Origin: Octopus bimaculoides
Taxonomy: Eukaryota
Assembly: GCF_001194135.2 (NCBI RefSeq)
Contig: NC_069003.1
Location: forward strand, 21,516,014 to 21,552,158
Direction: 5' to 3'
Length of the DNA: 36,145 nt
Part shown: piece by piece, positions 1 to 10,508 of the stretch
Layout of the letters: the number at the start of each line of letters is the position of its first letter
Numbering within the stretch: the stretch's first letter is position 1
Program-made: the position numbers and the translations under genes
Notes under the pieces: model-generated
The model's database searches: none
What the model saw: only the letters and a program-made list of their open reading frames with translations
What the model was told of the DNA's origin: nothing

Positions 1-179
1 ATATATATATATATATATATATATAAAATCACATCTGAGATTCTAGACCGTCCAACCAAAGACTAGTCACTTCCACGCTTCCATTTTCCAATCCTAGATG
101 AGAGGCCGCTTGATACCAAGCTTGTCAGGTGAGTGGTAAATGTTCTTACTGGAAGATAATGAGATAACAAAAAAATAAA

Positions 180-220
<41 letters not shown>

Positions 221-640
221 TAAATATAAAAAAAAAACATAAAATCCTAGTTCCGGGTATTGCTAATGTATGTAAGCTAACCTGACTGTGATAAATAAAT
301 TTAAAAAATAAGCACTCCTATGCTGAAGGAGAATAGAGAAATAGTGATTAATCTGGTTTTAACTAATAATATGGAGGCTATATTTAGATACCAGAGTGAT
401 TCAAGTAGAAAACTATGGGTAAGAGAGAGAGAAAGAGCATGTGTGTGTGCGCATTCATTTGTGTGTATGTGTGTGAGTGTGTATTTGTCTCTGTGTGTGT
501 ATGCATGGGAGAGAGAATGTGTATGCATGCAGGAGAGAGTATGTTTGTGTGTGTGTGTGAGTGAGTGTGTGTGAGTGTGTGTGTGTGAGTGTGTGTGCAA
601 AAGTGTATATGTGTATGTGTTGAGGGTGTGTAATTATGTA

Positions 641-1520
641 CAGAGTGTCTGGGCTAAATTCAATGACTTCTTTTTTTTTTATGTTTCCATTTTTTTTTTT
701 TTTTTTTTTNNNNNNNNNNGTGAACAGTCAACGGTGTTGGAGAGCATAAAAATTTTGAGAAAAGTTAACTGACATGGATGACTGGAAGCCATCTGACTAT
801 TGGAAAAGTATTACCAGTATCATGATGACTTGTGCTGGGTATCAAAATGCTGGCATCATGACTACTGCTTAATGTTCTGTCAACACTGTGAAGGCAGTAA
901 TACATGACATGGATGGATGCAACAGAAATGACAAAACCATGACCAGCTGGATGGGACAGCAGGCGTTGATTGTCAGCATGCCAGAATTCATCCGCACAAT
1001 CTTTGGACAGGAGCTTAATCATATGACTAAATGAAGCTGCTGGAGACTGTGGTCAATCCCTGGCTGGAGAGGGTTGTTGCTGGAAGACCATATGTGTAGC
1101 AGTAGGATTTGGCTCCTTGCCATATCTCCAGAAAGAGTCAGAAGTGATTTTTGGAGAATTTCAACGACTTCACTGGCTGCACTTTCTGGCCTTCCAATTC
1201 CCTCGATTTTAATCCTATGGATTACAATGTGTTGGTTATGGATGAGAAAGACACCAACCGCTCTGCCAGGGCCTAGCTGGTGCCAAGAAGATGGGGGTGT
1301 TCAAAGATCTTCCCAGGGACACAGTGAGGAATGCATATGCCAGGTTCTGGAGCCATCTTGAGGCTGTGGGTGGAAGTTGAGGGCAGATACTCTGAACAAA
1401 CTGTTATCTCTCAGCCATAATCTAGTTGATTACTTCTTGATTTTTTTTTAAATACTTTCATGGGATGTTGTGATTTCTTTTACTTTTGTGCAAACTGTCA
1501 AATTTAGCCTGATTACTTGG
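641..1520 (+). mobile_element. Decayed, internally deleted Tc1/mariner DNA transposon, DD37D (maT-like) class
   Basis: TA flanks at 639-640 and 1521-1522. Degenerate TIRs: cagagtgtctgggctaaatt versus the reverse complement of the right end, ccaagtaatcaggctaaatt. Frame from 1031 reads MKLLETVVNPWLERVVAGRPYV*Q*DLAPCHISRKSQK*FLENFNDFTGCTFWPSNSLDFNPMDY, with 37 residues between D(1106-1108) and D(1220-1222). Frameshifted C-terminus reads VFKDLPRDTVRNAYARFWSHLEAV. Confidence 0.9.
774..1400 (+). pseudogene. Transposase pseudogene: HTH-like N-terminal remnant fused to the catalytic C-terminus
   Basis: From ATG 774: MDDWKPSDYWKSITSIMMTCAGYQNAGIMTTA*CSVNTVKAVIH (HTH-like). The middle part, including the first catalytic Asp, is missing. 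Several stops and frameshifts. Confidence 0.85.
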
Positions 1521-1856
1521 TACATGTGTGTGCAGTAATGTGAGTGCGTGTGTGTGTATGTGTACAGTAGCACCTTGGTTTTCATACAACTCTGATCATG
1601 CATGCTTTATCTCCCATCTTTCTCTTATTCATTTAATACAGTAGTACCTCGGTTTACAAATGCCTCTGATTTATTTGTGATCAGAGTTGTTCGAAAACCA
1701 AGGTACTACTGTGTGTGTTTGTGTGTGTGTATGTGTGTGTGTGTGAGTGTGTGTGTGTCTATTATATANNNNNNNNNNNNNNNNNNNNNNNNNNNNNNNN
1801 NNNNNNNNNNNNNNNNNNNNNNNNNNNNNNNNNNNNNNNNATATATATATATATAT

Positions 1857-2037
1857 AGGAGAATTCATGAAAAAACAACAGACGAAGACAGGTGCTGTAA
1901 ACAACAAATGGATGTTTTAGTATAACGCTCGGGAATAGAGAAAGTCTAGCGTTTCAAGCCTACGCTCTTCAACAGAAAGGAACACAGAAAGAAACAAGGA
2001 GAGAAAAAAAATATGTGTAGTGGTCAGCGATCTATCA
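1857..2037 (-). mobile_element. Short Penelope-like repeat, family P1, carrying a degenerate hammerhead
   Basis: Reverse-complement homologue of 30905-31104. Its 3' end abuts (TA)n. PLE assignment is inferred from the hammerhead motif. Confidence 0.6.
1944..1979 (-). ncRNA. Degenerate minimal hammerhead-like motif
   Basis: Minus strand reads cttt-CUGUUGA-A-GAGC-GUAG-GCUU-GAAAC-GCU. A6U core change and lost U16.1, so probably inactive. Confidence 0.45.
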
Positions 2038-2182
2038 TATGCAGGAGTGTGTAAATATGTATGTATATGTGTATGTGCATAAATACACACAGAAGCACAT
2101 AGGGAGCACTTATATTTCTTTCTTTTTCTTTTTCATTTAGTTTAAAGATTTTATGTATTACATTTTTCTAGCCCTAAATTTA

Positions 2183-2410
2183 AGGCAGTGAGCTGGCAGA
2201 ATCATTAGCATGCTGGGTAAAATGCTTAGCGGCATTTCATCCATCTGGACGTTCTGAGTTCAACTGCAGCCAAAGTTGTCTTTGCTGTTTATCCTTTCAG
2301 AGTCAATACCAGTCAAATACTGGGGTTGATGATATCGATTAGCCCCCTCCCACCAACATTTTCAGACCTTCTACCTATAATAGTTGTAGAAAAGATTAGT
2401 ATTATTACTA
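2183..2410 (+). mobile_element. tRNA-derived SINE family B
   Basis: Head gagctggcagaatcattagc with a B-box-like gagttcaa, central ctttgc..tcctttcagagtcaata..ccagtc..ctggggttgat, and (ATT)n-like tail. Homologous to many other copies in the window. Confidence 0.85.
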
Positions 2411-2541
2411 TTATAGATTATTATAGATTACTATTATAGATTATTACTATTATTACTATTATATAGATTATTATAGATTACTATTATAGATTACCTATAA
2501 TAGTAATAGAAAAGATTATTATTATTATTACTATTATTATT

Positions 2542-2770
2542 AAGATGGTGGGCTGGCAGAATCGTTAGCATGCTGGACAAGATGCTTAGTGGCATTTCGT
2601 CCATCTCTACATTCTCAGTTCAAATTTCACCGAGGTCAACTTTGCCTTTCATCCATTCAGGGTCAATAAAATAAGTGCCAGTCAAGCACTGGGGTCAATG
2701 TAATCGACTTAGCCCCTCCCCCGAAATTGCTGGCCTTGTACCAAACTTTGAAACTATTATTATTACTATT
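2542..2770 (+). mobile_element. tRNA-derived SINE family B, starting in the tail of the previous copy
   Basis: gctggcagaatcgttagc...cagttcaaatttcaccgaggtcaactttgcctttcatcc...ggccttgtaccaaactttgaaactattatt. Confidence 0.9.
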
Positions 2771-3475
2771 ATCATCATCATTATTATTATTATTATTATT
2801 AGTAGTAGTAGTAGTAGTAGTAGTAGGAGGAGGAGGAGGAGGAGTCTTAACATTCAATAGATCACAAGTCTACAGGGACCAAAGTAGGCACAAGCAATGA
2901 TACTGACCTTTCCATATTACTGCTACTTAGTTTATTCACCCCACCACCACCACCACCACTAGCCAAAGTTGACCTCAAAGGTGTTTTAGTCATGACCACT
3001 CATCTGTTTATACACATGATATATATATAACCCCCACACCACATTATATGCTTCTTTTAAGGCACTATAGAGTGCAATTTGAGTGATTTGTCTGTCATTT
3101 CTCTTATATTGATGACCTTGTAGATCAGTCTCAGTAGCAAATTGCAGCGAATAGGGCCCTTGTGAATGGCACACCTAACAAAAATTAGCTTTTTTTAATA
3201 GTGTAGCCAACCTAATGATGAGCCATGCCTCAGGCATCCTAATTCTTGAGAAAGGTTGCCCATGCCCAAGTGCAGATGTGGCTGTGTGGTAAGAAGCTTG
3301 CTTCCCGACCACATGGTTCAGGGTTCAGTCCTACTACTGCATGGCACCTTGGGCAAGTGACTTCTAATATAGGTACAGGACAACCAAAGCCTTGTGAGTG
3401 GATTTGGTAGATGGAAACTGAAAGAAGACCAATGTGTGTACATGTGTGTGCGTATATATATATATATATATATAG

Positions 3476-3650
3476 TCAATTTAAACATGAACAAACAAGA
3501 AAAAACATGAAAAAAAACACGACAAAACAACGTGAGGACGTGGAATAAGTACAGTGTTATTGGACGCTCAGGAAAGGAAAGAAAAGACAGATTTAACGTT
3601 TCGATTGGAGATCTTCGTCAGAAGAAGAAAAAGAAACTGGAGATTGGTAA
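3476..3650 (-). mobile_element. Short Penelope-like repeat, family P2, inserted in the SINE-A microsatellite
   Basis: Homologous to 4925-5070 (ggacgctcaggaaaggaaaga...). Contains a hammerhead core and sits between (TA)n and (TG)n. Confidence 0.6.
3593..3623 (-). ncRNA. Minimal hammerhead motif with intact core and weak stem I
   Basis: CUGACGA (3621-3615), A, GAU-cucca-AUC, GAAAC (3602-3598), GUU. Only 2 bp of stem I remain. Confidence 0.55.
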
Positions 3651-3696
<46 letters not shown>

Positions 3697-4104
3697 CGTG
3701 CGTGCGTGTCTTGCTGTCTGTGTTTGTCCCCCACCACTACTTGACAGTTAGTGCTGGTGTGTTTACAGCCCTCTAACTTAATGGTTTAGCAAAAGTAACC
3801 AATAGAATGAGTACCAAGCTTTAAAAAAAATAAGTAATAGGGTCAATACATTTGACTAAAGATTCATCAATGTGGTGCTCCAGCATGGCTGCAGTCTAAT
3901 GACTGAAACAAGTAAAAGATAAAAGATGCATCTTGTCGAGGCTCCCACTATTGTGGTGATAGTTGTTGTGAAGGATGTTGTTGTTTAATCACAGATCAGT
4001 CTTAATCTAGTAGACAAGCCTATTATAATCAAAAGGATTCTACAAATGACCATCCATCATTAATTTCTTTTTCAGAACAGTGTATCAAGGAATACACAAT
4101 CTAA

Positions 4105-4149
<45 letters not shown>

Positions 4150-4259
4150 CCTTTAGTGGTAGGGTTTCATACAATGATGACTTCACTGTTATTTCTGGCT
4201 GATTCTTCAAACATGTAGAGGCCCTTCTTTCATGATATTGAGAGAGAAAGAAAGATAAC

Positions 4260-4297
<38 letters not shown>

Positions 4298-4648
4298 CAT
4301 GCGCATGCATCAAGCGGGTTTTTGTGCAACAAGGTAAAGAGTTTGGTGGAGAAACAGTCGGCATAAAGTCAACAGCTTAAGAGAGAGAGAGAGAGAGTCT
4401 GTCATACTTGTGTGTCCCTAGATTATTAGTACCATCTGTTTACCAATCTGTTTCATATACCTGTGTGTGTGTATATATATTTATGTATATATATAGACTT
4501 GCATACATATATACATATAAAAGCATCTTACTCCATGCTGTTATCTCTTAAATTTACATATTTCTCTCTCCATATATATATATATAGCCATAACAACAAT
4601 GTTGAGGAGGGAGGGGAAACATGCTTTTCTATGTACAATTATGGCATG

Positions 4649-4850
4649 TTAAATGACAGAATTGGCACCAGAACCATGAACCAAAATATCTTTGAGGTAT
4701 TTGGTTACATAGTTAACATGTTCTTTTACAATTGTTCTCAAGTTCAAATCTTGCCTCTGTCCACTGAACCTATCATCCTTCCAAGGTCCTACACTCATTG
4801 CTTTCTCTTGTATAGAACTATATATTCTATATGTTTTGTAGGATGATACA
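4649..4850 (-). CDS. Candidate last coding exon of an unidentified gene (speculative)
   Basis: Acceptor ttccttag|T. 66 open codons (VSSYKTYRIYSSIQEKAMSVGPWKDDRFSGQRQDLNLRTIVKEHVNYVTKYLKDILVHGSGANSVI*). Non-repetitive sequence, and the in-register antisense frame is also open. Protein not recognised. Confidence 0.25.
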
Positions 4851-4924
4851 CTAAGGAACATTATGAGTACTGGTAGATTACTTGAATCTATATATTGTGA
4901 CTTAAATAGATACATACATATATA

Positions 4925-5200
4925 GTGAGTTCAAACAAGAAAAACGACAAATAAAAACTACAAAAAACAACAACACAAGGACGTGATACAGATATTGTGT
5001 TACTGGACGCTCAGGAAAGGAAAGAAAGAGAATTTGACGTTTTGAGCTCTTCGTCGGAAATATAGGAAAGTCCATGAAGGGAAGACAGAGGAAGAAAAAA
5101 ATCGCCAACGATATACACGAGGTTACATCGTGGAATGACCAGAAGGGAATGGGTGAAGAAAAAGTTCTTTCTAAGACAGGAGAGTGCAAGAGAGGGAGGT
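4925..5200 (-). mobile_element. Penelope-like repeat family P2, longer copy with a broken hammerhead at 5032-5061
   Basis: Homologous to 3476-3650. Minus strand reads auuu-CCGACGA-A-GAGCUC-AAAAC-GUC-aaau. Confidence 0.55.
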
Positions 5201-5217
5201 ATGTATGTGTGCGTGTG

Positions 5218-5252
<35 letters not shown>

Positions 5253-5284
5253 TAACGGCATGTGTGTGTGTGTGTATGTATATA

Positions 5285-5830
5285 TAAAAAATACAAAAAG
5301 GGACAAGAACGCAAAACATCCCGACACTTAGGTGATACAAAAAAAGAGACAACAAAACATCCAGACAGACGATACAAAGAAAACAAGGACAGGTCATTCG
5401 GAGTTTTCTTTCCTCAGTCGAATTCCAGATTATCTTTGCAATTTCGGCTGGTTATACTCAAGATTGCTCCAATCTGGCCAGCCCCAAGGAAAAACTAAGC
5501 TAAGAGATTCCTTGGAAGAAAGCAACGAATGTATATGAAAACAAGGTTGGAAAAGAAAAACGGAGAATGTTACACAAATACAAATAACAGGACATAACGA
5601 ATTAAGTTAAGCTGGCGTGTGTGGAAGTAAAGCCTTATACATTTATCAATTCATTTTGCTAGATTCCTGACGTGAAATCGTGTGTTGAAACAGATATTGT
5701 TGAATTTCGGGATGGTTATCTCATTATATTTTTCTGCCAAATAAACACATGCACTATATTTGTTTTCCTTCATTTGTTTATTACTGTTTATTCCAGACAA
5801 TGGACAGGCAATAAAATAATAAAATAACAG
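5285..5830. repeat. Unclassified CpG-retaining repeat-like segment between microsatellites
   Basis: Composition resembles the adjacent P2 repeat, with A-rich runs and CpGs. Nested hairpin at 5446-5483. No second copy in the window. Confidence 0.35.
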
Positions 5831-5959
5831 TAATAAACGAGTGAAGAAAAATACAATATATAGTGTGTGTATTTATGTAGGAAAAAAATAGTAATAAATA
5901 AAATGACCATCCTGAAATATATCAACATATATGTATGTGTATGTATGTATGTGTGTGTG

Positions 5960-5993
<34 letters not shown>

Positions 5994-5994
5994 A

Positions 5995-6038
<44 letters not shown>

Positions 6039-6263
6039 ATATACATATATATATACACAATATATTCTTTTATTCTTTTATAGTTTCAGCTTAGAGCTGC
6101 AGCCATGCTAATACATATATATACAAACATATATGTACATACATNNNNNNNNNNNNNNNNNTATATATATATACAAACATATGTACATACATATATATAT
6201 GTATATATACAAATATATATATATACATATCATCATCATCATCATCGTTTAATGTCCACAAAC

Positions 6264-6308
<45 letters not shown>

Positions 6309-6310
6309 GA

Positions 6311-6470
6311 CGCAAGAGTGGGTTTGTGGTAAGAAGCTTTGCTTCTCGACCACATTGTTCCAGGTTCAGTTCCAATGCATGGCACCTTGGGCAAGTGTTT
6401 TCTACTATAGCCTTGGGTCAACCAAAGCCTTGTGAGTGGACTTCGTAGACGGAAACTGAAAGAAGCTCAT

Positions 6471-6509
<39 letters not shown>

Positions 6510-6605
6510 NNNNNNNNNNATATATGTATGTATTTGTGCTTGTCCCCCGCACCATCGCTTGACAACTGATGTTGGTGTGTTTATGTACCTGTAAGTTAGC
6601 GGAAG
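6311..6605 (+). mobile_element. SINE family A, 3'-truncated
   Basis: Family A head, internal (TA)n with a small gap, then the start of the 3' half ending in (GA)n. Confidence 0.85.
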
Positions 6606-6654
6606 AGAGAGAGAGAGAGAGAGCAGCACTAACAATATTTTGGTGTACATTTTC

Positions 6655-6790
6655 AGCCATGAGGCTAGAGCAGTGTGGAATAAAATATCTTGCTTAAGGA
6701 GACAATGCGTCACTGCCTGGTCCAAGTGTCATACCCACTACCTTATGATTGTGAACCTAACACCCTAACCACTGAGCTGCACTGTTTTCA
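6655..6790 (-). mobile_element. Degenerate tRNA-derived SINE family E
   Basis: Reverse complement reads gcagctcagtggttagggtgtt..gtctccttaagcaagatatttt. Related to 10960-11070 and 17815-17940. Confidence 0.55.
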
Positions 6791-7094
6791 CATGTGTATG
6801 GATGTGTATATATGAGTACATGTGTATGTGTGTTTACAGGTGTCTATGTCAAAGTTTAACACAGCAGTTCATCAAACAAAGATCAATAAAATATGCATCA
6901 GCTGGAAACGCAAAGTGAATGTGGTGGTGGTGGTGGTGGTGGTGGTAGTGGTGATGGCATGATGGGATAGAGAGTTAATACAATAAGCAACAAACACTTC
7001 GAGGCATTGTTCCAGCATGGCCACAGCCCACAGGCTGAAATCACAAAAAGAATAGTGTGTGTGTGTGAGTGTGTGTGTGTGTAAGACTCCATAC

Positions 7095-7179
7095 AGTAAT
7101 AATATCCATGATGAAGAAGAATAAAATCTCCAAAGCAAAAAGGCTATTCTGTTTCCATAACTCATAAAAATATTCAGAT
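7095..7179 (-). CDS. Candidate internal exon (speculative)
   Basis: Acceptor tttcttttctctgagttttgggtttgatag|, donor ACT|gtatgg, 85 nt. Reads (D)LNIFMSYGNRIAFLLWRFYSSSSWILL(L). An alternative frame, SEYFYELWKQNSLFALEILFFFIMDIIT, is also open. Confidence 0.25.
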
Positions 7180-7420
7180 CTATCAAACCCAAAACTCAGA
7201 GAAAAGAAAGAAGAAAAATCAAAAATATGGTTGAAAATTAGCAATAAAAAAAACTGAGGTGACTAGAACAAATAAAATACTAAAAGTGTTCTTTGAAAGT
7301 ATACTGTAGTTACAGAAGACAAACAGAAGCTAGTATATTTTTTAAATAACTTTCCATATATACATATATATATATACATCATCAACATCATCATCATTAT
7401 TATTTAATGTTTTAGGTAAA

Positions 7421-7610
7421 ACAGGAGTGGCTGTGTGGTAAGTAGCTTGCTTACGAACCACATGGTTCCGGGTTCAGTCCCACTGCGTGGCACCTTGAGC
7501 AAGTATCTTCTACTATAGCCTCAGGCCGACCAAAGCCTTGTTTGTGGATTTGGTAGGCAGAAACTGAAAGAAGCCAGTCGTATATATGTATATATATATG
7601 TATGTGTGTA

Positions 7611-7677
<67 letters not shown>

Positions 7678-7711
7678 NNNNNNNNNNNNNNNNNNNNNNN
7701 NNNNNNNNNNN

Positions 7712-7794
<83 letters not shown>

Positions 7795-8020
7795 GTGTGT
7801 TTGTGTGTCTGAGTTTGTCCCCCCACCATCGCTTGATAACCGATGCTGGTGTGTTTACGACCCTGTAACTTAGCGGGTTGGCAAAAAGAGACCGATAGAA
7901 CAAGTACTAGGCTTACAGGGAATAAGTCCTGGGGTCGATTTGCTCGACTAAAGGCGGTGCTCCAGCATGGCCGCAGTCAAATGACTGAAACAAGTAAAAG
8001 GGTAAAGAGAGAGTAAAGAG
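7421..8020 (+). mobile_element. SINE family A, full length and well preserved
   Basis: caggagtggctgtgtggtaagtagc...ggttccgggttcagtcccactgcgtggc...ggcggtgctccagcatggccgcagtcaaatgactgaaacaagtaaaag. Confidence 0.95.
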
Positions 8021-8255
8021 TTTGTTTTCCAAGCTAGCAAGGGTTGGATGGCTTGACAGGAGATGGCAAACCGGAGAACTGCACCAAGCTCTAGTGTCTG
8101 CATTGGGTTCGGTTTCTTAGCTGGATGCTCTTCCTAACGCTAACCACTTCACACAGTGGACTGAATGGTTTTTTCACAAGGCACCAGCACTAGCAAAATC
8201 TGTTTGTCATAGATTTTAACTGAATGCTTTTTACATGGCATCTGCACCAATGAGG
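8020..8255 (-). mobile_element. Retroposon family D, degenerate 3' part
   Basis: gctggatgctcttcctaacgctaaccac matches the reverse complement of the family D motif at 34685-34715. Confidence 0.7.
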
Positions 8256-8666
8256 CCTGTATTATACATATACACATACACACACACACGCGCGCGCGCG
8301 CACATACATGGAGCAATAGAAAAACTCCCCATATTTTACATGGTCACTGGTGTGGTACCAGTAAATATAGTTTGGTAGTAATGGAGACTTCTTGCTGCTA
8401 ATATTTTACCATTTTAGGTTTTTGTCATTTTACAGTTTCTCTCAGAGTTTGAACTAGCGCACATCATGCATTTGCTACTGAAATGTTTATCAAGTTGAAT
8501 CTGTAAGGGAATTTTTTTGCCTCGATTTGTATATATGAGAGAGAGAGAGAGAAAGAGAATGTGAAGAGGATATAGTGTGTGAAGGAAACAATAAGAAAAC
8601 ACATTGTAAAAAAAAAAAAGGTGAGGAGCATTAACAATAATAAACAATAACAACAATGATAGTAAC

Positions 8667-8710
<44 letters not shown>

Positions 8711-9480
8711 CAACAATGATATAATCGACAGAATATTTGCAATGGTACTTGCTATATTGATCAAATATTGTCTTTCTCATAAAAATAACCAAATTCCATG
8801 TTAACTTAAAACTGAAATTGTTAATCAATAGAGCTTGGAAATCTGGAACGGTCTTTGTTCTCATCAAAGAGTGGAGGGGAGGGGNNNNNNNNNNNNNNNN
8901 NNNNNNNNNNNNNNNNNNNNNNNNNNNNNNNNNNNNNNNNNNNNNNNNNNNNNNNNNNNNNNNNNNNNNNNNNNNNNNNNNNNNNNNNNNNNNNNNNNNN
9001 NNNNNNNNNNNNNNNNNNNNNNNNNNNNNNNNNNNNNNNNNNNNNNNNNNNNNNNNNNNNNNNNNNNNNNNNNNNNNNNNNNNNNNNNNNNNNNNNNNNN
9101 NNNNNNNNNNNNNNNNNNNNNNNNNNNNNNNNNNNNNNNNNNNNNNNNNNNNNNNNNNNNNNNNNNNNNNNNNNNNNNNNNNNNNNNNNNNNNNNNNNNN
9201 NNNNNNNNNNNNNNNNNNNNNNNNNNNNNNNNNNNNNNNNNNNNNNNNNNNNNNNNNNNNNNNNNNNNNNNNNNNNNNNNNNNNNNNNNNNNNNNNNNNN
9301 NNNNNNNNNNNNNNNNNNNNNNNNNNNNNNNNNNNNNNNNNNNNNNNNNNNNNNNNNNNNNNNNNNNNNNNNNNNNNAGCCATTTCAAAAATGATATTTT
9401 GCTTTCCGTTTTGAAAAAAATGTAACAAATGAAATGGAAATAAAATATAAAAACAATAAACAAAATAAAGAAAAAGATAC

Positions 9481-9580
9481 CTGCCCTTTCCATATCTCTC
9501 TTCTCCTTTTCTCTATTATACCCTAACCCCTTCTGTCTCAGTGTTGCTTGTGCATCAAAACTTGCTCTGTTTGATGTCAT
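9481..9580 (-). CDS. Candidate first coding exon (exon 9629-9481 including UTR; speculative)
   Basis: Acceptor tttcccctgtttattacttttag| at 9630 and donor CAG|gtatct. aacATG start with an in-frame upstream TGA. Reads MTSNRASFDAQATLRQKGLGYNREKEKRDMERA. Confidence 0.3.
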
Positions 9581-9950
9581 GTTCCACAAAATTCAAATTA
9601 TGGCAAGAAAGCTTTGCAATTGTTGCAATCTAAAAGTAATAAACAGGGGAAATGTCACATACACACACACACACACACACACACATATTGGATGTTTATG
9701 GCTTATTAACACACAAGAAGTGTTCTTGATGATACACTCATACACAGATACAGGCTGCTTACAGTATCAAAGAATTACCAGGACATTATATAAAAGACAC
9801 CTAAACTCCAAGTTTCATCTCAGCTTGCCTTAGATCTTTGGTGGTTAGTCAATAATTACTAATTATGGGTAATTATTCGATGAACTCAAGTTATAGGTGG
9901 ATTTTTGATAAATTTGAACATAATGATTATTCACTAAATGTGTACAGGTG

Positions 9951-10345
9951 TAGACATGGCTGTGTGATAAGAAGCTTACTTCCCAGATACATGGCTCTGG
10001 GTTCAGTCCTACTGTGTGGGTGGAACCTAAGGTGTCTTCTGCTTTAGCCTCAGGTCAACCAAAGCCTTGTGAGCGGATTTGGTAGACGGAAACAGAAAGA
10101 AGCCCATTGTATATGTGTGTGTGTGTGTTCATATATGTGTTTGTTCCCCACAACTGCTTGACAACTGGTGTTAGTGTGTTTACATCTCCATGACTTAGCA
10201 GTTCGGCAAACGAGAGTGATAGAATAAGCACCAGGCTTAATAAAACAAAAGTACCAGGGTTGGTTCATTCAACTATAAATTCTTCAAGGCAGTGCTCCAG
10301 CATGGCCTCAGTCTAATTATTGAAACAAGTGTAAGATAAAAGAGA
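9951..10345 (+). mobile_element. SINE family A
   Basis: Head, short internal TG tract, and 3' half ending tgaaacaagtgtaagataaaag. Confidence 0.9.
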
Positions 10346-10508
10346 TGCAGTGAGTTGGATGGGAGAGTTCTGGGGCATAGGTACAAAACACTTGTTACCA
10401 AATACAAAAACAATTGGACAGCCAGCCATCACAAGGGTGAGAGTGGCTTGGTAACATGTACCATGCTTTCTTATAACACTTGCATTAGGTGCCTGTATAG
10501 TCAAAAGT

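Larger units (their letters stand above)
3272..3925 (+). mobile_element. Composite tRNA-derived SINE family A with internal (TA)n/(TG)n tract, interrupted by a P2 insertion
   Basis: Head gtggctgtgtggtaagaagc..ggttcagtcc..ggcaccttgggcaagt. 3' half gtttgtccccc..gtgctccagcatggc..gactgaaacaagtaaaagat. Confidence 0.9.

Noticed and set aside
28-165. Repeat-like segment after (TA)n with a gcttg/caagc hairpin
   Set aside because: No second copy in the window and no ribozyme core, so it cannot be classified.
4109-4149. 41-nt poly-T as a possible retrocopy tail
   Set aside because: No polyadenylation signal, TSD or recognisable body next to it.
5442-5483. Nested hairpin (ggctgg/ccagcc around agattg/caatct) followed by GAAA on the minus strand
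   Set aside because: No CUGANGA box upstream, so it cannot be called a hammerhead.
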